From contig NZ_JBBMXV010000001.1 of assembly GCF_037996645.1 (NCBI RefSeq), forward strand, positions 514,162-538,161: a stretch of 24,000 nt of DNA, written 5' to 3'. The translations under genes were made by a program, and so were the position numbers. Below, piece by piece: positions 9,164 through 16,384 of this stretch (its first letter is position 1; every line of letters begins with the position of its first letter). Source of the stretch: Halalkalicoccus tibetensis. GTDB lineage: Archaea > Halobacteriota > Halobacteria > Halobacteriales > Halalkalicoccaceae. The notes below the pieces were generated by a model. It ran no database searches and was not told the origin of the DNA. It worked only from the letters and a program-made list of their open reading frames with translations.

Positions 9164-9672
9164 TCGAGCTCCTCGACCCGCGCGCCGGGGGCGTTGTGCT
9201 GAACGCTCCGCAGTCCTTTGATCGCGCTCTGCTTGCTCGAATACCCCTCCCCGCCGTCGGCGATGATGTTGCCGTTGCGGTGGACGAGCCGCCAGCGCCA
9301 CTCGTCGGCCCGGTCCCGGTAGACCTCGAAGCGGCCCTGGCTCGGCTCGGGGACCTCCTTCGAACCGGGCGCGAACTGGATCCCCACGTCGGGTTCCGGG
9401 GCTTCCTCGATCCGCTCTGCGTCCGCCCCCTCGACCTCGGACCACTCGATCTCCAGCTCGATCTCCAGCTCGCCGCCGTCATCCTCCCCGTCGCGTTCGA
9501 CCTCGACGTCGAACTCCGCGCGCTCGGGCGGCGTCACCTCGACGGCGTACTCGCCGTCGCGGAACGTCACGGGGCCGTCGCCGTCCAGCTCGCCGGCGAG
9601 CGCCCGGAGGTAGGCCGCGATCTCGCCGCGCTCGCGCTCGGACTCGAACTCGAAGAGGGTGTCCTCTGTCAT
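9160..9672 (-). CDS. Fusion protein: N-terminal amphi-Trp domain + C-terminal YegP/DUF1508 (UPF0339) domain
   Basis: Starts at MTEDTLFEFESERERGEIAAYLRALAGELDGDGPVTFRDGEYAVEVTPPERAEFDVEVERDGEDDGGELEIELEIEWSEV, which is the amphi-Trp pattern ending in an alternating acidic/aliphatic strand plus W. The C-terminus GRFEVYRDRADEWRWRLVHRNGNIIADGGEGYSSKQSAIKGLRSVQHNA matches the YegP/DUF1508 repeat. I prefer the ATG at 9672 to the track start at 9699. Confidence 0.75.
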   Translation of the reverse strand: MTEDTLFEFESERERGEIAAYLRALAGELDGDGPVTFRDGEYAVEVTPPERAEFDVEVERDGEDDGGELEIELEIEWSEVEGADAERIEEAPEPDVGIQFAPGSKEVPEPSQGRFEVYRDRADEWRWRLVHRNGNIIADGGEGYSSKQSAIKGLRSVQHNAPGARVEELE

Positions 9673-9725
9673 GGCTATCGGTAGGCGAGGGACGTACAAA
9701 AAGGCAGTTCAGATCGCGTCGCCGG

Positions 9726-10427
9726 TCAGATACCGGGCTGGCCGTCGACGACGGGCCGTTCCGTGACGGGGGTGTGCCGGAGCTCGCCCCAGGTGTGGCC
9801 GATCACGTAGTACGCCGCCACGGCGGTGTAGAAGCCCACGAAGGCACTCGCGATGAACCCGATGACGGGCACCGCGTTGAGCAGCCCGCCGACGACCCCG
9901 CCGGCGACGACGATGACGAAGGCGGTCAGCCAGCCGGTGGCGTAGGCCCTGTCGGCCAGCGCACGGCGCATGGTCGCCCAGTCGAAGCCCGCGCCCAGAC
10001 GGCGGGTCTCCGCGAAGTTCGCGAGCGCCGCGGGCACGGCGTAGGCGACGGCCAGGGTCAGCGCGAGCCAGACCACGAACCCGACGAAGATCCCGATCCC
10101 GCCGATGGTACCCAGCAGGTCGCTACCGCTCGCACCCAGCAGCCCGCCGCTCACGACGAACGCGACTAGGACGGCCGTCGGGATCAGCGCGTAGACGAAG
10201 GCGATGGCCGTGGCCTTCGCACCGTCGACGATCAGCTCGCCCCAGTCCTCGAAGACCGGCGGCTCGCCGTCGCCCCGGGCCGTGCGATCCAGTACGCGGA
10301 CCATGTAGCCCATCGCGGCGAACAACGGCACGATCAGGAACGCAAAGAGCGTCATGACCGCGCCGAGGATCACCGTGGTGACCGCGTCGTCGCTCCCCTT
10401 CAGATAGCCGACCGCCTCCGAGATCAC
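9726..10427 (-). CDS. DUF4013-family polytopic membrane protein (paralog C)
   Basis: 233 aa with a GTG start (complement of 10425-10427). An in-frame stop lies 2 codons upstream, so no ATG alternative exists. MISEAVGYLKGSDDAVTTVILGAV...AMGYMVRVLDRTARGDGEPPVFEDWGELIVDGAKA...AALANFAETRRLGAGFDWATM is the best match to the family motif shared with 3081..4013. Confidence 0.78.
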   Translation of the reverse strand: MISEAVGYLKGSDDAVTTVILGAVMTLFAFLIVPLFAAMGYMVRVLDRTARGDGEPPVFEDWGELIVDGAKATAIAFVYALIPTAVLVAFVVSGGLLGASGSDLLGTIGGIGIFVGFVVWLALTLAVAYAVPAALANFAETRRLGAGFDWATMRRALADRAYATGWLTAFVIVVAGGVVGGLLNAVPVIGFIASAFVGFYTAVAAYYVIGHTWGELRHTPVTERPVVDGQPGI

Positions 10428-10595
10428 CGCCAGTCACCGCCGTTCGGATCGCAATACCCACTATCGATCGTCGTCGTTTTCGTCATGGTTTCCCCACTGA
10501 CCGCTCACGGAGTGAGAGTTCAGTATCTACTACTCGCTCTCCGGGAGCTTAACTAATTGCACGTTAAAATATCTGAAATTTGTTCCTTCGGGCCT

Positions 10596-10970
10596 TCAGC
10601 CGTCGGTCTCTTCCCCGTCGTCCTCGTTGTCCTCGCCCTCCCCGGTTTCCTCGTCGGGCTGTTCGTCCCCGTCCTCGAACTGGTCGTGGGGGTCCTGCTC
10701 GTCTTCCTCGTCGGCGTCGCCTTCCGTGGCGCCGGGCTCCCCTTCGGCCTCGTCATCGGGGCCCTCGCCGTCGTCGTGCGTGCCGCCACCGGTTCCGCCC
10801 CCGTTGCCGTCGGAGTCCTCCGGGACGTAGTCCTGCTCGTCGGGCTCGTCCCCGCTCTCGGTTCCCTCGCCCGTTCCGGGCTCCTCGTCCTCGCCCTCGT
10901 CGGTACAGCCCGCGAGCGCGATTCCCAGCGCCGCTCCGGTCAGTTCGAGCGTTCGTCGTCGGCTGATCAT
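10596..10970 (-). CDS. Hyper-acidic low-complexity Tat lipoprotein (function unknown)
   Basis: MISRRRTLELTGAALGIALAGC has a twin-arginine motif, a hydrophobic region and a lipobox (LAGC). In my count the remaining 102 residues include 49 Asp/Glu, many Gly and no Lys/Arg. It has an ATG start with a TATA-like box 26-32 nt upstream. The hydrophobic antisense ORF 10557..11081 is its mirror image. Confidence 0.65.
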   Translation of the reverse strand: MISRRRTLELTGAALGIALAGCTDEGEDEEPGTGEGTESGDEPDEQDYVPEDSDGNGGGTGGGTHDDGEGPDDEAEGEPGATEGDADEEDEQDPHDQFEDGDEQPDEETGEGEDNEDDGEETDG

Positions 10971-10995
10971 ATACTTGCACGTAGCGGTTACGGAC

Positions 10996-11002
10996 TCAAA
11001 AG
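10996..11002 (-). promoter_or_regulatory. Candidate TATA box for the acidic lipoprotein gene
   Basis: The minus strand reads gCTTTTGAgtccgtaaccgctacgtgcaagtatATG. The box spans roughly -26 to -32 relative to the ATG at 10970. Confidence 0.35.
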
Positions 11003-11078
11003 CACGCGCCCGGAACTCGCAACCTCCGAGATGATTCGGTACGTACGGGCCAGTCGCACTTTTTCCTCGCTACGCTCG

Positions 11079-11100
11079 TAAAAACCTGCACCAAAAACCC
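11079..11100 (-). terminator. Oligo-T tracts downstream of elp3 (candidate archaeal terminator)
   Basis: The minus strand reads gggTTTTTggtgcaggTTTTTa about 50 nt after the elp3 stop. Archaeal termination typically occurs at oligo-U tracts. Confidence 0.35.
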
Positions 11101-11149
11101 GTGGTACGGAACGTTGGTTCGGTCGGACACCAGGGAGTATCGAAACCAC

Positions 11150-12805
11150 TCAGAGCTGCTTCGAGACGTACGGGCCGTCCTGGCGGTAGCCGAGCTTGTT
11201 CCGGTAGTACTCGCGGGCGCCGATCCCTGAGATGACGCTGACCTTCCCGAAGCCGGCATCGGCGGCGAGGTCTTCGGCAGTTTCCATCAGTCGGCGGCCG
11301 TAGCCCTTGTGCTGCCAGTCGGCGTCGCTCGCGATCCCCATGCCGAGCTCGTTGCCGTAGACGTGGAGCTCGCGGATCAGCGCGGCGTTCTCGAGCTCGC
11401 GGCGAACCGGGTCCTTGGGGAACCGCAGCCGGCAGAACCCGATCAGGAGGTCGTTGTCGGGGTCCTCGAAGCTGATGAACTTCTCCGTCCCGCCGGCGGC
11501 CTCGTAGCTCATCACGTCGAGCTCGACGGATTCGGGCTCGGTGTCGTTCATCCCGACCTCGCGACAACGGATGCAGTCACAGCTCCAGCCGTGTTCCTCC
11601 ATGCGCTGTCGCGCGAGCTGGCGGAGGTTCGACTTCCAGACGCCCGCGTCGATGAAATCCGCGGGGATGTCCCGCTGGACCCGTTGGAGACGGACGTACT
11701 TCGGGAGCATCGACTTGACCTTCGCGACTAGCTCGGTGGCCTGCTCGTTGGTCAGCGGCTCGAACTCCCCGCGGCGCCACTGGTCGTACGTTCGGGTGCC
11801 CCGGACGACGATGTTCGGGTAGATCTTGAGGTAGTCGGGCCGCCAGTTCGAGTCCTCGAACAGCTGGCGGAAGTCCTCCTCGCACATGTCGAGGCTCATG
11901 CCGGGCTGGCCCGGCATCATGTGGAAGCCGACCTTGAACGCCGCGTCGCGCAGCCGCCGGTTGGCGTCGATGCTCGCCCCCGCGCCGTGCCCGCGGTGCA
12001 TTTCTCTATTAATGCGTTCGTAGGTCGTCTGGACGCCGACCTCGACCTTCGTCCCGCCCAGCCGGAGCATCCGGTCGATCTGCTCGGGATCGCACCAGTC
12101 GGGCTTGGTCTCGAAGGTGGTGCCGATGTTCCGCACGTCGTTCGTCTCGTTCTCGGCGATCACGTCCTCCAAGTACGAAAATTCGTACTCCTCCTCGCTC
12201 TGGGCGAAGCTCTCGCCCTCGACGGGTTCCGGCGGATCCTCTGGATCGAAGTCGTTCATCGCCTCCAGCGCCCGCTTGACGAAGTGCTCCTGGTAGTCGT
12301 GGCTCCGGGCGGTCATCGTCCCGCCCATCAGGATCAGCTCGACCTTGTCGACGGGGTGGCCGATCTCTCTGAGCTGGGCGAGCCGGAGGGTGACCTGCCC
12401 GTAGGGGTCGTAGTCGTTCTGCTGGCCGCGCGCGGCGGCGGGCTCGTGGCCCGTGTAGCTCTGGGAGCTGTCGAACTCGCTCGCGGGCCCGCCGGGACAG
12501 TAGAGACACTTCCCGTGGGGGCACATGTGCGGCGAGGTCATGATCGCCACGGGCGAGACGCCCGAGGCGGTGCGGACGGGCTTCCTGCGAAGGACGGCCT
12601 CGGCCTCCTCGCGGCGGTCGTCGGGCGCCTGCGCGAGGATCTCGCCGTTGGTCGGCACCTTCGGCGCGGAGAACTCCGAACAGACCTCCAGCTTCGCGGA
12701 CTCGACGTCCTCGCGCTCGAGCTCGCCCGAGAGCACGCGGGAGATCAGTTCCTCGCAGACACGCTCGAAGGCCTCGGACTCCGTGGGCTCGACGTCGGTA
12801 CTCAT
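11150..12805 (-). CDS. elp3: tRNA uridine(34) carboxymethyl-modification radical SAM/acetyltransferase Elp3
   Basis: 551 aa. Radical-SAM cluster motif CPHGKCLYCPGG. Conserved Elp3 blocks include GGTMTARSHDYQEHF, VGVQTTYERINREMHRGHG and PDYLKIYPNIVVRGT. The C-terminal GNAT domain is IRELHVYGNELGMG...WQHKGYGRRLMETAE. Confidence 0.93.
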   Translation of the reverse strand: MSTDVEPTESEAFERVCEELISRVLSGELEREDVESAKLEVCSEFSAPKVPTNGEILAQAPDDRREEAEAVLRRKPVRTASGVSPVAIMTSPHMCPHGKCLYCPGGPASEFDSSQSYTGHEPAAARGQQNDYDPYGQVTLRLAQLREIGHPVDKVELILMGGTMTARSHDYQEHFVKRALEAMNDFDPEDPPEPVEGESFAQSEEEYEFSYLEDVIAENETNDVRNIGTTFETKPDWCDPEQIDRMLRLGGTKVEVGVQTTYERINREMHRGHGAGASIDANRRLRDAAFKVGFHMMPGQPGMSLDMCEEDFRQLFEDSNWRPDYLKIYPNIVVRGTRTYDQWRRGEFEPLTNEQATELVAKVKSMLPKYVRLQRVQRDIPADFIDAGVWKSNLRQLARQRMEEHGWSCDCIRCREVGMNDTEPESVELDVMSYEAAGGTEKFISFEDPDNDLLIGFCRLRFPKDPVRRELENAALIRELHVYGNELGMGIASDADWQHKGYGRRLMETAEDLAADAGFGKVSVISGIGAREYYRNKLGYRQDGPYVSKQL

Positions 12806-12850
12806 TCGATCGTCGGAACGTCGGCGGTTGGACGGAATAAGGATGTCGGC

Positions 12851-15034
12851 CTACGCGTCGGCGGCCAGCGCGGCGGCCTCCTCGACGGTCGCCTCGCGAA
12901 CGGACTCGCGCTCGCCGATCAGGAAGGACAGCCGGCCGCGGCGGACCCCGGCGGTGAGCACGCCGCCCTCGGGGACGCGCTCGGCGACCCGCTCGCCCAG
13001 CTCGCGGACGTCGATCGTCTCGGTGCTTCGGACCTGGAGGTCGGCCTCGTCGAGCCCGACGACGGCCAGCCGGTCGGCCTCCCCATGCAGGTCGCGGAAC
13101 AGCGCGTCGAGCAGCAGCTCGGTCGGCGGGAAGTCGAAGCGGTGGGTGAAGGCATCCGTATCGAGGGTCGCGACGGTGATCCCCTCGAGCTCGTGGGTCT
13201 CGAGGTGCGGGCGCACCGTCTCGAGCTCCTCGTCGAGCTTCGCGCGGAACTGCTCGCTGACGTGCGAAGCGAGGCTGCGGACGTCGTCGTCGCCGGCAAA
13301 GAGCAGATCGGCGATGAGCTCGCGTTTGTCCTCGTAGGACTGGTAGTACGCCTCCAGGGCGACGGCCTCGCGCAGCTCGCGGGCGGTGTCGGCGTCGTAG
13401 CCCGCCTCGCTCGCGAGCTCGGCGTACGCCTCGGGGGCCTCCTCCCAGTAGCTCACCGCGGGCAGGTGGGCGATCTCCTCACGGACGTCGCCGACGCCGC
13501 AGGCGACGTTCGCCGCCAGCACGGTCGTCGTGACCCGGTCGTCGTCCGCCCCGGGGACGACGCCCTCGGTGAGATCGCTCGTCTCGAAGCCGGCGTCGGC
13601 GTCGATCACCAGGTGTTCGACGTCGTAGACGTCGAGCAGCTCGATCCCGTCGCGGGACTCGGCGGTGCTGCCGGTGTCGACCAGCACCACGAGCGGGAGC
13701 TTCTCGTCGTGGCGCTCGCGGTTGTCGAGCATTCGGGTGACGTCGCTGGTTGCGGCGCCCATGTCGTAGTCCTCGTCCTCGAGGGGCTGGCGGTCGAAGT
13801 AGTGATACACCGCGTCGTCGCGGTCGTGTTGCTCGCGGACCAGCGGTAGGACGGCCCGCTCGATCGCCGCGCCGGCGACGTAGCCGTCGGCGGTGGCGCT
13901 GTGGCGCAGCACGATCGGCCGGGACTCGATGACGGCCCGCCGGATCGCGCCGGCAGCGTCGGCGATCTCCTCGCGGTGGTCAGCCACCGTCGGGTCCTCG
14001 GCGAGGACCTCGATCCCGTCGGGCTGGGCCTCGGCGTCCAGCGCGTCGTCGAGGCGCTGGACGACTGCCTCGGCGTCGGCCTCGACCAGGGGCTTGAGCG
14101 ACTCGGTCTCGACCTGGACCCCGCCACGGCGGCGTTCGACTTCCCCCGTGAGACGGATCAGGTCGCCGCTCTCGACCTCGGGGTAGGCCCGGACGCCGGC
14201 CTCCTTGAACGCCGCGCACTCGGCGACGCCGGTCTCGTCGCGGACCTCGAAGATGGTCGGGCCGCCCGTCTGCCGGACGTCGACGACCCGCCCCTCGATG
14301 CGGATCCGCTCGCCGATCGACTCCTCGAGCCCCTCGACGGTCACCCGCTCGGGAGGACCCGTCTCGATCGGCTCGGCGGTCGTCGAGGCGGAGCCGACCG
14401 AATCCGTCCCGCCGTTGGCCGAAGCGTCGGCCGGTTCGCCGTCGGACTCGGATTCCGGTTCGGCGGTTGGTTCGTCGTCGGCTTCGACCGTGGCCTCGTC
14501 ATCCGTTTCGACTTCGCCTTCCGGCTCGCCACCGGCTTCTACGTCGGCTTCGGCCTCCGGTTCGTCGCCGGGCTCGGCCGCCGGCTCGTCGTCGACCTCG
14601 GTGGGGGGCGCCTCCTCAGGCTCCGGTTCGGTCGCCCCGCTCCCGTTTCCCTCGTCATCCGGAAGGTGATCCCCCTCGGGGCTGTCGATCACTTCGCCGC
14701 GGAACTCCCGCGGGGACTGGCGGATCGACCACGCGAGATCGACGTTGCCGTTGTCCTGGACGCCCGTGACCTGGACGTAGACGGTGTCGCCCTCGTCCCA
14801 GTCGAGGCTCTCGAGGCGGCGGTCGAGCTCGCTTCGGTGCAGCAGGCCGGTGACCGAGTCGCCGATGTCGACGAAGACGCCGAAGTCGGCGAACCCGTCG
14901 ACGCTACCCTCGTAGAAACGGCCGTTGGTGAGCTGCTCCGGGCGGTTCCCCGTGAATCGGAACGCGACGTCCTCCTGGTGCGAACGGCAGACGACCCCGT
15001 CGACCGAGGTGCCGCAGATGATACATTGACCCAT
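12851..15034 (-). CDS. RecJ-like DHH-family phosphoesterase homolog with N-terminal zinc knuckle, S1 domain, acidic linker and OB fold
   Basis: 727 aa. CxxC-x8-CxxH at residues 4-19 (MGQCIICGTSVDGVVCRSH). S1-like FYEGSVDGFADFGVFVDIGDSVTGLLHRSEL...GDTVYVQV. About 100 aa of Asp/Glu/Pro/Ala-rich linker. OB-fold-like IRIEGRVVDVRQTGGPTIFEVRDETGVAECAAF...GDLIRLTGEV. The DHH/DHHA1-like region is IVLRHSATADGYVAGAAI, LVVLVDTGS, HLVIDADAG and PEGGVLTAGVRRGRLSF. Confidence 0.8.
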   Translation of the reverse strand: MGQCIICGTSVDGVVCRSHQEDVAFRFTGNRPEQLTNGRFYEGSVDGFADFGVFVDIGDSVTGLLHRSELDRRLESLDWDEGDTVYVQVTGVQDNGNVDLAWSIRQSPREFRGEVIDSPEGDHLPDDEGNGSGATEPEPEEAPPTEVDDEPAAEPGDEPEAEADVEAGGEPEGEVETDDEATVEADDEPTAEPESESDGEPADASANGGTDSVGSASTTAEPIETGPPERVTVEGLEESIGERIRIEGRVVDVRQTGGPTIFEVRDETGVAECAAFKEAGVRAYPEVESGDLIRLTGEVERRRGGVQVETESLKPLVEADAEAVVQRLDDALDAEAQPDGIEVLAEDPTVADHREEIADAAGAIRRAVIESRPIVLRHSATADGYVAGAAIERAVLPLVREQHDRDDAVYHYFDRQPLEDEDYDMGAATSDVTRMLDNRERHDEKLPLVVLVDTGSTAESRDGIELLDVYDVEHLVIDADAGFETSDLTEGVVPGADDDRVTTTVLAANVACGVGDVREEIAHLPAVSYWEEAPEAYAELASEAGYDADTARELREAVALEAYYQSYEDKRELIADLLFAGDDDVRSLASHVSEQFRAKLDEELETVRPHLETHELEGITVATLDTDAFTHRFDFPPTELLLDALFRDLHGEADRLAVVGLDEADLQVRSTETIDVRELGERVAERVPEGGVLTAGVRRGRLSFLIGERESVREATVEEAAALAADA

Positions 15035-15058
15035 TTACGAGGCCAGAGTGGTCCCGCA

Positions 15059-15066
15059 CTAAAACG
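15059..15066 (-). promoter_or_regulatory. Candidate TATA box for the RecJ-like gene
   Basis: The minus strand reads ccgTTTTAGtgcgggaccactctggcctcgtaaATG. The T-rich box ends 24 nt before the ATG at 15034, which suggests a leaderless transcript. Confidence 0.35.
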
Positions 15067-15105
15067 GTTGTCGAAACGTCGCTCGCCCCGGCGCTGGCCG
15101 GGTCC

Positions 15106-15717
15106 TCAGACGCCGCCCGAGAACAGCGTCTCTACCGCCTCGAACCCGCCGAACCCGATCCCGAAGGTCGCCGCCGCCGGCAGCGCACAGAGCGCCGCCG
15201 CGCGCGGGAGCGAGACCGAGTGGACCACGCTCGCCCCAATGACGAACAGGGCCGCCCCGTAGCCGGCCGCCAACGCCTGCACCGTCGGTACCGGCACGCC
15301 GACGAACACGCAGGGCGCGGTGGCGTAGCCGATCACCTGGACGGTCTCGCTGACGCCCGCCCGGTCGGGGGCGAACGGGAGCAACAGGAGCGTCTGGAGC
15401 GCCGCAACGAGGTGGAGGACCAGGGGAGCGACCAGCGCGACGATCACCGAGAACACCAGCGCGACCGAGAGGAGCCGCTGGTCGCCGAACGTGGGATAGG
15501 GCGCGCCGACGACCGTCTCGCCCGAGAGCGCGAGCCGCAGCAGGGAGGCAAGCGAGACCACGCCCACGGCGAACAACAAGCCGGGCGCCTGATCGCCCGG
15601 GGCGACCCCCGCCCGGTAGAACCGACGGGGACGGACCATCACTTCGACCCACGCGCGGGCGACCGCCCGTGGCCCGCGATCGCGCCCGCCCTTCGGATCG
15701 GCCACCCACTGTGTCAC
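15106..15717 (-). CDS. Yip1-domain (YIP1 family) membrane protein
   Basis: I prefer the GTG start at 15717 (complement of 15715-15717), giving (M)TQWVADPKGGRDRGPRAVARAWVEVMVRPRRFYRAGVAPGDQAPGLLFAV... followed by 4-5 hydrophobic helices. The start lies 7 nt after the tdk stop. Alternatives are the ATG at 15639 (conservative) and the ATG at 15744, which overlaps tdk. The part of the track ORF upstream to 15969 is Ser/Arg-rich and lies inside tdk. Confidence 0.68.
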   Translation of the reverse strand: MTQWVADPKGGRDRGPRAVARAWVEVMVRPRRFYRAGVAPGDQAPGLLFAVGVVSLASLLRLALSGETVVGAPYPTFGDQRLLSVALVFSVIVALVAPLVLHLVAALQTLLLLPFAPDRAGVSETVQVIGYATAPCVFVGVPVPTVQALAAGYGAALFVIGASVVHSVSLPRAAALCALPAAATFGIGFGGFEAVETLFSGGV

Positions 15718-15724
15718 GTCCCGA

Positions 15725-16312
15725 CTAGTCGCCACGCAGGACATGACAGTTGCGACATCGCGCCTCGTAGGACTCCTCGGCCCCGACCATGATCGTGGGG
15801 TCCTCGCGGCGGGCGGGCTCGCCGTCGACCAGCCGCTGGTTCCGGCTCGCGGGCTCGCCACAGACCGAACAGATCGCCTGGAGCTTCTCGACGTATTCTG
15901 CGATCGCGAGCAGCTGTGGTAGGGGTTCGAAGGGCTCGCCCCGGAACGTCTGGTCGGTGCCCGAGACAATCACTCGGCGGCCGTCGTCCGCCAGTTCCTC
16001 GCAGACGCCGACGAGCGCGGGCGGGAAGAAGTTCGCCTCGTCGACCGCGACGACCTGCTCGCCGTTCAGTCGGTCGGGGATCCCCCGGACCCCCTCGGCG
16101 TCGGTCTCGATCACGTCGGCGTCCCACTGGCGACCGTTGTGCGTGCCGACCGTGGCCTCGCCGTAGCGGTCGTCGGTGGCGGGTTTGAAGACGGCGACCT
16201 CCTGGCCCGCGATCTCCGCGCGGCGCAGCCGCCGGAGGAGCTCCTCGGTCTTGCCGGCGAACATGCAGCCGGCGATCACCTCCACCCAGCCGCTACGGGT
16301 TATCGCGTGCAC
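15725..16312 (-). CDS. tdk: Thymidine kinase
   Basis: 195 aa with a GTG start. P-loop GCMFAGKTEELLRR, VAVDEANFF, and the C-terminal zinc-ribbon cysteines CSVCGEPA...CRNCH are typical of type II thymidine kinases. Confidence 0.92.
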   Translation of the reverse strand: MHAITRSGWVEVIAGCMFAGKTEELLRRLRRAEIAGQEVAVFKPATDDRYGEATVGTHNGRQWDADVIETDAEGVRGIPDRLNGEQVVAVDEANFFPPALVGVCEELADDGRRVIVSGTDQTFRGEPFEPLPQLLAIAEYVEKLQAICSVCGEPASRNQRLVDGEPARREDPTIMVGAEESYEARCRNCHVLRGD

Positions 16313-16384
16313 GGCGCTAGGGGCTCGGCCGGCGAGTAAAACCGTTTCTCATCCCGGCGGGTGTGTGATCCGGTCCCGTCGGAT

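Noticed and set aside
8621-9445. Full 274-aa track ORF for the SHOCT gene, and similar long N-terminal extensions of track ORFs (473..583, 2399..2686, 15718..15969, 17900..18016)
   Set aside because: The extensions are Arg/Gly/Pro-rich or lie in AT-rich promoter DNA, and they overlap the neighbouring upstream genes. Internal starts give proteins colinear with their families.
10557-11081. 174-aa hydrophobic 'membrane protein-like' plus-strand ORF antisense to the acidic lipoprotein
   Set aside because: Antisense of GAC/GAG-rich (Asp/Glu) coding sequence necessarily reads GTC/CTC (Val/Leu). The ORF starts at a TTG inside AT-rich promoter DNA. The minus-strand frame has an ATG, a Tat motif, a lipobox and a correctly spaced TATA-like box.
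11921-13849. 642-aa plus-strand ORF spanning the antisense of both elp3 and the RecJ-like gene
   Set aside because: It crosses the intergenic spacer between two well-supported minus-strand genes. Its Val/Leu/Gly/Arg-rich composition mirrors the acidic sense-strand codons, and it has no motifs.
14360-14674. Repetitive GA[CG]/GAG/CCG-rich DNA that might look like a tandem repeat or array
   Set aside because: It is in frame within the RecJ-like CDS and encodes a compositionally biased Asp/Glu/Pro/Ala linker. It has no regular repeat unit or spacer structure, so it is neither CRISPR nor a VNTR.
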